From Alphaproteobacteria bacterium (GTDB lineage: Bacteria; Pseudomonadota; Alphaproteobacteria; Rs-D84), in NCBI GenBank assembly GCA_031549365.1, contig JAVBPX010000004.1:21233-85232 (forward strand): a DNA stretch of 64,000 nt, read 5' to 3'. Made by a program: the position numbers and the translations under genes. Below, piece by piece: positions 1-8,457 of the stretch; the stretch's first letter is position 1; each line of letters begins with the position of its first letter. The notes beneath the pieces are model-generated. The model was not told the origin of the DNA and ran no database searches. It saw nothing but the letters and a program-made list of their open reading frames with translations.

Positions 1-1327
1 TATCGCGCTCACCCTGGAATACACGAATGGTCACGGCTGTTTGATTATCGTCGGCTGTGGAAAACACCTGGGATTTTTTTGCAGGAATTGTTGTATTACG
101 ATCAATCAATCGTGTAAACACCCCGCCCATTGTTTCAATACCCAACGACAGAGGGGTAACATCCAACAATAATACATCCGTCACGTCGCCCTTTAATACA
201 CCGCCTTGAATTGCTGCGCCCATACAAACAACTTCGTCTGGATTAACGCCTTTGTGGGGCTCGCGGCCAAAAAATTCTTTGACTGCATCTTGAACTTTTG
301 GCATACGAGTTTGGCCGCCGACCAAAATTACTTCGGATATTTGCGACTTTTCAATACCAGCATCCTTCAATGCTCTGCGACATGGTTCAATTGTACGATT
401 AATTAATTCATCGACCAAGCTTTCCAATTTTGCGCGCGACAATTTCATATTAAAATGTTTTGGGCCGCTGGCATCTGCGGTAATAAACGGCAAATTAATA
501 TCAGCATCAGTACGCGAAGACAATTCAATTTTTGCCTTTTCTGCGGCTTCTTTTAAACGCTGCAAAGCCAATTTATCGGATTTCAAATCAATGCCATTTG
601 ATTTTTTAAATTCTTCGACCAAATAATCAATGATTTTTTTATCAAAATCTTCGCCGCCCAAAGCAGTGTCCCCATTCGTAGATTTTACTTCAAATACACC
701 ATCAGTAATTTCCAAAATGGAAATATCAAACGTTCCACCACCCAAATCATATACGGCAACAATACCGTCTTTTTTCTTGTCCAATCCATAAGCCAACGCA
801 GCAGCAGTTGGTTCATTAACAATACGCAATACATTCAATCCAGCAATTCGACCGGCGTCTTTGGTTGCCTGGCGTTGCGAATCGTTAAAATAAGCAGGCA
901 CAGTAATAACAGCATCCGTGACAGTTTCGCCTAAATAAGCCTCGGCATCTTTTTTCAATTTTCCCAAAACAAAAGCTGAAATTTGCGATGGAGCATATTT
1001 TTGCCCCTTGATTTCAACCCAAGCATCGCCATTTTCGCCACGCACAATTTTATATGGAACCATCGATTGGTCTTTTTTAATTTCAGGATCATCAAAACGA
1101 CGACCAATCAAACGCTTGACCGCATATAATGTGTTTTCAGGATTCGTAACAGCTTGATTTTTTGCCGTAATTCCAACCAGTCTTTCTTCGGAATCGGCCA
1201 AAAAGGCAACCACTGATGGGGTTGTTCTTTGACCTTCGGAATTTTCAATAATCTTTGGTTCCTTGCCATCCATAAATGCAACACAAGAATTCGTGGTTCC
1301 CAAATCAATTCCCAATACTTTTGCCAT
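1..1327 (-). CDS. dnaK: Molecular chaperone DnaK (Hsp70), N-terminal part; the 3' end runs off the window
   Basis: Reverse-strand translation from ATG 1327..1325 reads [22 protein letters not shown], the canonical Hsp70 N-terminus. The frame stays open to position 1. It is absent from the ORF track because no stop lies inside the window. Confidence 0.95.
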   Translation of the reverse strand, partial: MAKVLGIDLGTTNSCVAFMDGKEPKIIENSEGQRTTPSVVAFLADSEERLVGITAKNQAVTNPENTLYAVKRLIGRRFDDPEIKKDQSMVPYKIVRGENGDAWVEIKGQKYAPSQISAFVLGKLKKDAEAYLGETVTDAVITVPAYFNDSQRQATKDAGRIAGLNVLRIVNEPTAAALAYGLDKKKDGIVAVYDLGGGTFDISILEITDGVFEVKSTNGDTALGGEDFDKKIIDYLVEEFKKSNGIDLKSDKLALQRLKEAAEKAKIELSSRTDADINLPFITADASGPKHFNMKLSRAKLESLVDELINRTIEPCRRALKDAGIEKSQISEVILVGGQTRMPKVQDAVKEFFGREPHKGVNPDEVVCMGAAIQGGVLKGDVTDVLLLDVTPLSLGIETMGGVFTRLIDRNTTIPAKKSQVFSTADDNQTAVTIRVFQGERD

Positions 1328-1372
1328 GTTTTTTCTTCCTTTGTTTTTGTTTTGAAAGTTTTACACGGCACA

Positions 1373-1400
1373 ATATGGGGCAATAGGGCCCAATGTCAAG
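1373..1400 (-). promoter_or_regulatory. sigma32 (RpoH)-type heat-shock promoter upstream of dnaK
   Basis: The minus strand reads CTTGACA, a 13-nt spacer, then CCCCATAT. This matches the CTTGAAA-N13-15-CCCCATNT consensus and lies about 45 nt upstream of the dnaK ATG. Confidence 0.7.
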
Positions 1401-1418
1401 GGCACAAAACAATATTTT

Positions 1419-2522
1419 TTATTCAATTTCGCCGATATAAATACCCAAATTCATCGCTGTTTTCAACAATGTATTATCCTCGGTTACATATGCATTCGAA
1501 ACAAATACAGATGGAACATTTGGATCAGGAATCACAGTTCCATCATTAAACATTTCCGGAATTGATACTGTTTCACATTTATTATGACGATGAACAACGA
1601 CCATATTCGTTTGACCCGATTCAATTGCATCAAACGTGGTTGCCGCCATCTGTGATGCCAAAATCCTATCACCTGCGACTGTATCGCCACCACGCTGTAA
1701 ATGCATCGGATTTAAATGACGTGTAACCATCCCATTTTCTGATAAATATTCGGCAATCCGTTCCGCGGCAGATATGCCCAAATGATCGGATTCGACCCCC
1801 TCGGCAACCAGGATTACGCCCCAATCACGCCCCGTACGTTTTTGAACATCCAATAAATGTTTATGTAAATTTTGCATTGAATACGCGACCTCGGGAATAA
1901 TAATGGCATCCGCCAAACATGCTATGCCCGCATTTAATGCCAAATAGCCAACATCCCGTCCCATTGTTTCAACAATAAACCAACGATGATGGGATCGTGC
2001 AGACATAACAACATCATCAACATATTGCGTTAAAACAGAAACCGCTGTTTCAAACCCAATCGTTAAATCAGTTGACGGAACATCCATATCAATTGTTTTT
2101 GGAATACAAATTAATTGAACATCACGATAAATATCCATATGACGATACGCCATTGAAACAGAACCATTACCACCAATCATAACCAAAGCATCAACGCCCA
2201 AATTTTGAACAGATTTTGTCATATTTTTAACAAATTCGACTTCGCGCCCATCTTGGATCGCTGCTTTTAAGTTAACAGCATTACTTTTGTATTCGCCATT
2301 TTGCAAATACGACCCTGAAATCCGAGCCATATACATTGGAATATTATCGGAATTTAATGGAATAATATGTTGTGGATTTGAAACCAAACCATCCAATCCA
2401 TCATGAATTCCAACGACATCCCATCCACGAACCGAACATCCCTGAATCAAGCGATATAATATAGTATTTAACCCAGAACAATCCCCACCTGTTGTAACAA
2501 CTGCAATTTTTTTCTTATCCAT
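1419..2522 (-). CDS. pfkA: 6-phosphofructokinase
   Basis: 367-aa ORF with PFK signatures TTGGDCSGLN, MIGGNGS, PKTIDMD, ETMGRDVGYLAL and HLQRGG. Confidence 0.85.
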   Translation of the reverse strand: MDKKKIAVVTTGGDCSGLNTILYRLIQGCSVRGWDVVGIHDGLDGLVSNPQHIIPLNSDNIPMYMARISGSYLQNGEYKSNAVNLKAAIQDGREVEFVKNMTKSVQNLGVDALVMIGGNGSVSMAYRHMDIYRDVQLICIPKTIDMDVPSTDLTIGFETAVSVLTQYVDDVVMSARSHHRWFIVETMGRDVGYLALNAGIACLADAIIIPEVAYSMQNLHKHLLDVQKRTGRDWGVILVAEGVESDHLGISAAERIAEYLSENGMVTRHLNPMHLQRGGDTVAGDRILASQMAATTFDAIESGQTNMVVVHRHNKCETVSIPEMFNDGTVIPDPNVPSVFVSNAYVTEDNTLLKTAMNLGIYIGEIE

Positions 2523-2677
2523 CCCCTTGCCTTTTGGTTTTAATATATTATATATTATCAGAAAAATCGTGAATAAACAACCGTCAAAAATAAAAAATCT
2601 ATATACGTTTTAACATCCGACTTGAAACCACGTTTTATTTATGATAATGTCAGGCTGTAAAAATCAAAGGAATAAAA

Positions 2678-3463
2678 ATGTTTAATCTTGGGAATATGTC
2701 TGGGCAACAATTGTTAGTTAACGGAATAGAAATATTGGTGATATTAATCACTTTTTTTCTGTTTTACAAAAAATTCATTAAAAATACCGGATCTGAAAAA
2801 TTCGTCCGCGGCGTTTTTGTATTATTGGTTTTATGGGTCATCAGCCAAATATTTATGACAATCCATTTAAACATATTGGGATTATTTTTACGTTATGTTG
2901 TAATGTTTATTACCCTATCGTTAATTGTTGTATTCCAACCAGAATTGCGCAAATTTCTGGGCATGTTGGGCCAGGCCAGTTTTTTTCGCAGATTACTGTT
3001 CAAAAAAAATAATCCTAAAAATACAAACCATAATGTGAATGAAATCGTCAAAGCTGCGGAATACATGTCAAAAACCCACACAGGCGCATTAATCGTATTC
3101 AAAAATGATTTCACTGATTCTGTTTCAAATATGGGAACAATTTTAAATGCAGATATTTCGTCTGAATTATTATTAACCTTATTTTTCCCAAAAACGCCCC
3201 TACATGATGGCGCCATAATTATCAAAGATAATAAAATCGTATCTGCTGGCGCTATTTTACCATTAACCGAGAAAAAGGGCTTGGAATGGCGTTATGGGAC
3301 CCGTCATCGTGCTGCACTGGGCATGTCCGAAGTCAGCGATGCACACGTATTAATAGTATCCGAAGAAACTGGCGATATATCAATTGCGAAAAATGGAACT
3401 TTAAAAAAATATAAAAATATGAAAACGTTAGAAACGGATTTGTCTGAAATATTAAAAAAATAA
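2678..3463 (+). CDS. cdaA: Membrane-anchored diadenylate cyclase (c-di-AMP synthase, CdaA/DacA type)
   Basis: 261-aa ORF. Three N-terminal hydrophobic helices are followed by DAC-domain motifs HDGAIII and GTRHRAALGMSEVSDAHVLIVSEETGDISIA. Confidence 0.85.
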   Translation: MFNLGNMSGQQLLVNGIEILVILITFFLFYKKFIKNTGSEKFVRGVFVLLVLWVISQIFMTIHLNILGLFLRYVVMFITLSLIVVFQPELRKFLGMLGQASFFRRLLFKKNNPKNTNHNVNEIVKAAEYMSKTHTGALIVFKNDFTDSVSNMGTILNADISSELLLTLFFPKTPLHDGAIIIKDNKIVSAGAILPLTEKKGLEWRYGTRHRAALGMSEVSDAHVLIVSEETGDISIAKNGTLKKYKNMKTLETDLSEILKK

Positions 3464-3469
3464 AAACCA

Positions 3470-3499
3470 AGCCCCAGAAAAAATACTGGGGCTTTTTTT
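3470..3499 (+). terminator. Rho-independent terminator after cdaA
   Basis: AGCCCCAG / CTGGGGCT stem followed by a T7 run. Confidence 0.8.
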
Positions 3500-3584
3500 A
3501 ATCGGCATAATGGATTTATATCCTATGGCCCTGGAAATTAATTTGTGATATTATATATGCAACAACCAACCAAAAGGATCAACC

Positions 3585-4202
3585 ATGAAAAAAATAACAC
3601 CCATTATATTTGCATTATCAATATTATCCGTACCTGCCCTGGCCGCCACAAGCCAAAGCGAAACCGGATTATACATTGGCGCACGCGCAGGCCTTGGACA
3701 CCAGGATGTATCAAACCTAAATGTTACAATTGATAACTCGTTCAAAGTCCCCGTCAAAGATCGTTCTGATAATATATCAACAGGATCAATTGCCGTCGGA
3801 TATAAAATAAATTCATTCCGTGTCGAATTGGAGGGTAAATTAAATAACTTTTTTAAAACCGAAAATGCTCGCATTCAATCAAATACTCTTACCGCAAATA
3901 CATATTATGATTTTATAAATTCCAGCATGTTTACTCCGTATATTACAGCTGGCCTGGGAATCGCAGAAACATCATTCCGGGTTCAAAATTTTGAACATAC
4001 AGACCACCATAATGAATTTACATATAATGTTGGTTTTGGATTGGCTGTATCAATAACGAAATCTATGGCAATTGATTTAATGTATAGATACATAAATTAT
4101 GATCATATCAAATACAATCAAACAACTGGCGGAACAAACATCGATATTTCAGCCAGAAACTTTATGAACGAAGCAACCCTGGGCTTGCGCTATACATTTT
4201 AA
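3585..4202 (+). CDS. Small outer-membrane beta-barrel protein (OmpA-TM/opacity-like porin family)
   Basis: 205-aa ORF with signal peptide MKKITPIIFALSILSVPALA, an alternating beta-strand pattern and a C-terminal LGLRYTF with terminal Phe. Confidence 0.7.
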   Translation: MKKITPIIFALSILSVPALAATSQSETGLYIGARAGLGHQDVSNLNVTIDNSFKVPVKDRSDNISTGSIAVGYKINSFRVELEGKLNNFFKTENARIQSNTLTANTYYDFINSSMFTPYITAGLGIAETSFRVQNFEHTDHHNEFTYNVGFGLAVSITKSMAIDLMYRYINYDHIKYNQTTGGTNIDISARNFMNEATLGLRYTF

Positions 4203-4220
4203 ACTTCTTTTTTTAACAAC

Positions 4221-4246
4221 AAAAACCACCCGTCTGGGTGGTTTTT
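4221..4246 (+). terminator. Rho-independent terminator (copy 1 of a duplicated hairpin)
   Basis: A-run, CCACCC-GTCT-GGGTGG hairpin, T5. An identical copy lies at 4390..4415. Confidence 0.8.
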
Positions 4247-4276
4247 AATTTTGGTAGGCGCTACAGGATTCGAACC
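4222..4276. repeat. 55-bp perfect direct repeat, copy 1 (terminator hairpin plus the last 25 nt of tRNA-Lys)
   Basis: AAAACCACCCGTCTGGGTGGTTTTTAATTTTGGTAGGCGCTACAGGATTCGAACC is identical to 4390..4444. Similarity continues as TGTG after a 1-nt indel. Confidence 0.95.
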
Positions 4277-4281
4277 CTGTG
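4252..4281 (-). pseudogene. tRNA-Lys 3' fragment (acceptor 3' strand plus T-arm only)
   Basis: TGGTAGGCGCTACAGGATTCGAACC(C)TGTG matches the 3' end of the intact tRNA-Lys at 4420..4495. It then diverges into unrelated sequence. Confidence 0.9.
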
Positions 4282-4389
4282 GAGACGGATCAGAAAACAA
4301 TTAATAATTGTTTTCCCGTCGGAATAGAAACAACAAATTTTTAATTTGTATGTTTCGCCGTGGTCACAGGTTCATACGTGCTTAAAATT
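4277..4389. mobile_element. 113-bp hairpin-rich insert between the duplicated tRNA-Lys 3' ends (candidate miniature integrated element)
   Basis: Imperfect terminal inverted repeats (CCTGTGGAGACGG ... CCGTGGTCACAGG). Hairpin GAAAACAATT-AAT-AATTGTTTTC at 4293..4315. Second hairpin GAAACAACAAAT..ATTTGTATGTTTC. Shares the 19-mer AAACAATTAATAATTGTTT with the insert at the tRNA-Met locus. Confidence 0.6.
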
Positions 4390-4444
4390 AAAACCACCCG
4401 TCTGGGTGGTTTTTAATTTTGGTAGGCGCTACAGGATTCGAACC
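4390..4444. repeat. 55-bp perfect direct repeat, copy 2 (overlaps the 3' end of the intact tRNA-Lys)
   Basis: Identical to 4222..4276. Confidence 0.95.
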
Positions 4445-4495
4445 TGTGACCCAATGATTAAAAGTCATTTGCTCTACCAACTGAGCTAAGCGCCC
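4420..4495 (-). tRNA. tRNA-Lys (anticodon TTT)
   Basis: Reverse complement GGGCGCTTAGCTCAGTTGGTAGAGCAAATGACTTTTAATCATTGGGTCACAGGTTCGAATCCTGTAGCGCCCACCA folds as a 76-nt cloverleaf. The anticodon loop is CTTTTAA and CCA is encoded. Confidence 0.95.
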
Positions 4496-4503
4496 GTTAA
4501 TAG

Positions 4504-4580
4504 TGGAGCGAGCGAAGGGGCTCGAACCCTCGACCTCAACCTTGGCAAGGTTGCGCTCTAGCCAACTGAGCTACGCTCGC
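4504..4580 (-). tRNA. tRNA-Gly (anticodon GCC)
   Basis: Reverse complement GCGAGCGTAGCTCAGTTGGCTAGAGCGCAACCTTGCCAAGGTTGAGGTCGAGGGTTCGAGCCCCTTCGCTCGCTCCA is 77 nt. The anticodon loop is TTGCCAA and CCA is encoded. Confidence 0.95.
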
Positions 4581-4687
4581 ATTTCATTAACGCCCGGGCA
4601 TTTTGACAGATTGTTTTAATAAATGCAAGTAATTTTTAAATTTATTTTCAATTAAATTAATCAATCCCGCGATACACAAAAATAGCC

Positions 4688-4716
4688 TTGACAAAATCAA
4701 CAATTTGTAATTAAAT
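4688..4716 (+). promoter_or_regulatory. sigma70-like promoter for the LysM gene
   Basis: TTGACA, 17-nt spacer, TTAAAT, about 34 nt upstream of ATG 4750. Confidence 0.5.
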
Positions 4717-4749
4717 ACTTCCATAAACATTTAACCCCGGGGGATTAAA

Positions 4750-5937
4750 ATGGCAAATTTATCCGATCGCGCACAGAATCGCGCAAATCAATCCAGATCA
4801 AATGCAATGAATCGCGCAACACAAAATGTCCAATCTGCACAATATAAAACTCGCGAAAAAAAATCATTCTTCCGTCGCATTCTGCCGTATTGGTTTCCAA
4901 TTTTGGTTATCATGATGGTTTTGTTTGTTGCTTGGGTTGTATTAATTGAAAATGATGCCCGCAATACCCCTACTGACAAATTCGTCGAAATCCAAGCACA
5001 CGATTCAAACGACAAAACAGAAACCAAACCGAATATATTGGTGGAACACAAAGTTACAGTCACCGTACCGGCCGTAACAGTAAAACCAGCAACAAAGCCA
5101 TGCAATAATAAAAAACCAGCATCCGCAAACGTAACTGTTGTAAACGAACAGGTTTTGCCATCATTTGATATGGTCCGCATTGGTGCCGGCGGATCAGTTA
5201 TTGTTTCTGGTCGCTATTTACCAAATCAAAAGGTTTCGATTAAATTAAACAAACAAATTTGGGGGACAGAATCCACAGATAAAAACGGAGAATTTGCATT
5301 TGCTCCAAATAAAAAACTGAAACCCGGCAACTATACAGTTAAATTAATTGCTGTTGAACAAAATCTGGAATCAGATCGCGATGTATTCATGTATGTATCC
5401 GAAGACGATAAAAAATATTCATCCATTTCATTATTAATGGGCCGCGATGGATCGAAATTTTTACAAACACCAATGGGGAATTCTGGTGATTTGACCATTA
5501 CCAAAGTTGATTATTTAATAAATGGTCGTGTGTTGGTTGCTGGATCTGGCCTGCCCCGCATGCGTGTTAATTTGGAATTGGATGGTAAAAATTTGGGACA
5601 AACACGTATTTCTGATTCTGGAAATTTCGGACTGGGCGCACCAATTGATCCAATGGTTGCTGACAAAAAATATTCAATGCGCGCATGGGTTTCGAACGAA
5701 ATAAATCATACCATTGCCGAAATTAAATATGAATTTCAAATTCCTGAATCAAAACCAGACGAAGACACATATTACACCGTTCGTCGCGGCGATACATTAT
5801 GGGTAATTTCAAAAAACCATTATGGTTCTGGGATTAAATACACTGTTATTTTCCAAGGGAACAATGATAAGATCAAAAATGCAAACTTGATTTATCCAAA
5901 ACAAATATTTGTTGTTCCAATGGAAGCCAGAAAATAA
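4750..5937 (+). CDS. Membrane-anchored LysM peptidoglycan-binding protein
   Basis: 395-aa ORF with a basic N-terminus, TM helix ILPYWFPILVIMMVLFVAWVVLI and C-terminal LysM motif YTVRRGDTLWVISKNHYGSGIKYTVIFQGNNDKIKNANLIYPKQIFVVP. Confidence 0.8.
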   Translation: MANLSDRAQNRANQSRSNAMNRATQNVQSAQYKTREKKSFFRRILPYWFPILVIMMVLFVAWVVLIENDARNTPTDKFVEIQAHDSNDKTETKPNILVEHKVTVTVPAVTVKPATKPCNNKKPASANVTVVNEQVLPSFDMVRIGAGGSVIVSGRYLPNQKVSIKLNKQIWGTESTDKNGEFAFAPNKKLKPGNYTVKLIAVEQNLESDRDVFMYVSEDDKKYSSISLLMGRDGSKFLQTPMGNSGDLTITKVDYLINGRVLVAGSGLPRMRVNLELDGKNLGQTRISDSGNFGLGAPIDPMVADKKYSMRAWVSNEINHTIAEIKYEFQIPESKPDEDTYYTVRRGDTLWVISKNHYGSGIKYTVIFQGNNDKIKNANLIYPKQIFVVPMEARK

Positions 5938-5943
5938 AACACA

Positions 5944-5968
5944 ATCCCCCAAACACGGGGGATTTTTT
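5944..5968 (+). terminator. Rho-independent terminator after the LysM gene
   Basis: ATCCCCC-AAACAC-GGGGGAT followed by a T run. Confidence 0.8.
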
Positions 5969-6070
5969 ATTGGACAATTTAATATTTGATTGTTATTATG
6001 CGGGCCGGAAACCAAAAGAATAAAAACAGATTGTATTTGAACACAATCAAACAAGAGGGAACAAAACAAA

Positions 6071-6628
6071 ATGCCATTATCATTATCAAAAATCAAACCG
6101 GGCAAAAATCCGCCAACAGAAATGACTGTTGTTATCGAAGTGGCCCAGGGCGGAAACGTAAAATACGAAATCGACAAAACATCTGGATTATTGGCTGTTG
6201 ACCGAATTTTACACACCCCATTATCATATCCAACAGAATATGGCTATTTTCCAGGCACGCTGGGCGATGACGGCGATCCATTGGATGCTGTTGTTGTATG
6301 TAACGCACAATTGCAGCCGGGAATTATATTGCATGTTCGTCCCATCGGCGTTTTATTGATGGAAGATCAAGCCGGCATGGACGAAAAAATCATCTGTGTC
6401 CCAACCGATGATGTTGATCCATTCCATTCAAACACTCTGGGGATCAAGGATTTGCCATCAATTTTAAAATCAAAAATCGAATATTTTTTCAATCACTACA
6501 AAGATTTGGAACCCGGGAAATGGACCAAAATGCATGGGTGGGGCGATTTGGAACACGCCCATAAAATCATCATTCGCAGTATTGAAAAATACCAAAAATA
6601 CAAAACATCCAAACAAAACACAAAATAA
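6071..6628 (+). CDS. ppa: Inorganic pyrophosphatase (family I)
   Basis: 185-aa ORF with YPTEYGYFPGTLGDDGDPLDAVVV and VKYEIDK motifs. Confidence 0.9.
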   Translation: MPLSLSKIKPGKNPPTEMTVVIEVAQGGNVKYEIDKTSGLLAVDRILHTPLSYPTEYGYFPGTLGDDGDPLDAVVVCNAQLQPGIILHVRPIGVLLMEDQAGMDEKIICVPTDDVDPFHSNTLGIKDLPSILKSKIEYFFNHYKDLEPGKWTKMHGWGDLEHAHKIIIRSIEKYQKYKTSKQNTK

Positions 6629-6632
6629 AACA

Positions 6633-6661
6633 AAGGGGTTGATTTAAATTGACCCCTTTTC
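6633..6661 (+). terminator. Terminator hairpin after ppa
   Basis: AAGGGGT / ACCCCTT stem with a 12-nt loop and a T4 tail. It overlaps the putative tRNA promoter. Confidence 0.55.
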
Positions 6662-6667
6662 TATAAT
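6639..6667 (+). promoter_or_regulatory. sigma70-like promoter for tRNA-Gly(CCC) and kdsD
   Basis: TTGATT, 17-nt spacer, TATAAT, ending 20 nt before the tRNA 5' end. Confidence 0.55.
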
Positions 6668-6687
6668 TGGGACGTAAATCAAATTAT

Positions 6688-6761
6688 GCGGGCGTGGTAT
6701 AATGGTAACACGTCAGCTTCCCAAGCTGAAGCCGAGGGTTCGATTCCCTTCGCCCGCACCA
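6688..6761 (+). tRNA. tRNA-Gly (anticodon CCC)
   Basis: GCGGGCGTGGTATAATGGTAACACGTCAGCTTCCCAAGCTGAAGCCGAGGGTTCGATTCCCTTCGCCCGCACCA is 74 nt. Acceptor stem GCGGGCG/CGCCCGC, anticodon loop TTCCCAA. Confidence 0.9.
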
Positions 6762-6781
6762 AATGCAAAAAAGGAAGCATA

Positions 6782-7744
6782 ATGGACATTAAACAAATTG
6801 CAAAAAACGTTATGGACACCGAAATCGCGGGATTAACTGAATTGCGCGATCATATCATGAATGATCCCGAATTTGAACGCGCTGTTCAATTATTAATTAA
6901 TCGTCGTGGTAACATTGTAATAACAGGCATGGGTAAATCCGGACACATTGCAAAAAAAATTGCAACAACAATGGCATCCACCGGGTCCCCTGCGCTATTC
7001 ATTCATCCGTCCGAGGCTTCACACGGCGATTTGGGCATGGTCAGTCACGACAACATCGTAATCGCAATTTCAAATGGCGGCGAATCCAAAGAATTATCGG
7101 ACATAATTAACTATTGCAAACGTTATGACATCCCAATTATTTCAATGACACGCGCGCCGGATTCTACATTGGCAAAAAACGCAACCGTATCTTTGACAAT
7201 GCCACGCGTGCCAGAATGCTGCAAATTGGGCAAGGCTCCGACAACATCAACAACCCAAACATTGGCCTATGGCGACGTTTTAACAATGATTTTGGAACAC
7301 GCAAATCATTTGGATGCGGATATGTATAAAAATTGGCATCCCGGCGGTAAATTGGGCGCATCATTATTAAAAATCACCGACATCATGCACCGCGGAGATG
7401 ATGTCCCATTGGTAAATGAAAACGACGTATTTATGAAAATTGTCGAAGTTATGTCCCGCCCCACCCGTTTTGGTTGCGTTGGCGTAATTGACAATAACGG
7501 CAAATTAACCGGCGTATTTACAGACGGCGATATTCGCCGCGCAATTGGAATTGATTTAATGGGAAAAAAGGCCGACGAAGTCATGAAGCGTAATCCGATA
7601 ACAATCCCGGACACAACATTGGCGACCGAAGCATTACGTATTATCAATGAAAAAAAGATTCAAACATTATTTATCGTTGATAATGACAACAAACCAATTG
7701 GCATAATCAGTTTTCACGATTTATTAAAAGCCGGAGTATTATAA
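6782..7744 (+). CDS. kdsD: Arabinose-5-phosphate isomerase (KdsD/KpsF; SIS domain plus two CBS domains)
   Basis: SIS motif GMGKSGHIAKKIATTMASTGSPALFIHPSEASHGDLG with C-terminal CBS-like repeats. Start set at ATG 6782 (MDIKQIAKN) because the longer ORF from 6686 overlaps the tRNA. Confidence 0.85.
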   Translation: MDIKQIAKNVMDTEIAGLTELRDHIMNDPEFERAVQLLINRRGNIVITGMGKSGHIAKKIATTMASTGSPALFIHPSEASHGDLGMVSHDNIVIAISNGGESKELSDIINYCKRYDIPIISMTRAPDSTLAKNATVSLTMPRVPECCKLGKAPTTSTTQTLAYGDVLTMILEHANHLDADMYKNWHPGGKLGASLLKITDIMHRGDDVPLVNENDVFMKIVEVMSRPTRFGCVGVIDNNGKLTGVFTDGDIRRAIGIDLMGKKADEVMKRNPITIPDTTLATEALRIINEKKIQTLFIVDNDNKPIGIISFHDLLKAGVL

Positions 7745-7752
7745 TTAACACA

Positions 7753-7776
7753 AAACCCATCATCCGATGGGTTTTT
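7753..7776 (+). terminator. Rho-independent terminator after kdsD
   Basis: ACCCATC-ATCC-GATGGGT followed by T5. Confidence 0.8.
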
Positions 7777-7801
7777 AAACAAAAAACGAGGGTATAAAAA
7801 C

Positions 7802-8416
7802 ATGGCGAAATTGCACTTTTATTACGCGGTAATGAATTCTGGTAAATCAATTGATTTAATACGCACACGACATAATTACATGTCGCTGGGATTTAATACT
7901 GGTGCAATAACCCATTCGGCAGACAATCGTTTCGGACTGAATAAAATCGCATCACGTATCGGTTTGGAATGCGACGCAATTGGCATGGATAAAATTACTG
8001 TTGATGATTTATTAAAATTATTTCCAAAATTTAAAACCGAACCGGGCAAGAGCATTTTATTCGTGGACGAAGTACAATTTTTTGATCCAAAATCCATTTT
8101 TGAATTATCCAATCTGGTTGATTATCATAATATCCCCGTCATAACATATGGATTAAAAATTGATTCAAATGGAAATATTTGGGACGGATCACGTGAATTA
8201 ATCGCATTGGCAAACGACATCAAAGAAATCAAAAACATTTGCAAATGCGGATCCAAAGCAACACACATATTACGTTATGATGCAAACCATGATATTATTC
8301 GCGGCGGCGAACAATTATGTGTTGGCGACGCATCAACAAATCCGGAAAAACAAAACACATACGAATCTGTTTGCCGCAAATGCTGGAAAGATGTATACCA
8401 TCCGCGCGGCCGATAA
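7802..8416 (+). CDS. tdk: Thymidine kinase
   Basis: 204-aa ORF. N-terminus MAKLHFYYAVMNSGKS (P-loop) and C-terminal Cys cluster CKCG...CRKC. Confidence 0.9.
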   Translation: MAKLHFYYAVMNSGKSIDLIRTRHNYMSLGFNTGAITHSADNRFGLNKIASRIGLECDAIGMDKITVDDLLKLFPKFKTEPGKSILFVDEVQFFDPKSIFELSNLVDYHNIPVITYGLKIDSNGNIWDGSRELIALANDIKEIKNICKCGSKATHILRYDANHDIIRGGEQLCVGDASTNPEKQNTYESVCRKCWKDVYHPRGR

Positions 8417-8424
8417 ACCCAACT

Positions 8425-8457
8425 AAAAACCCACATTTTACTGTGGGTTTATTTTTT
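8425..8457. terminator. Bidirectional terminator between convergent tdk and kdsA
   Basis: A-run, ACCCACA-TTTTAC-TGTGGGT, T-run. Confidence 0.8.

Noticed and set aside
6686-6781. N-terminal 32 codons of the listed ORF 6686..7744
   Set aside because: This stretch is the tRNA-Gly(CCC) gene read as protein. The true kdsD start is ATG 6782.
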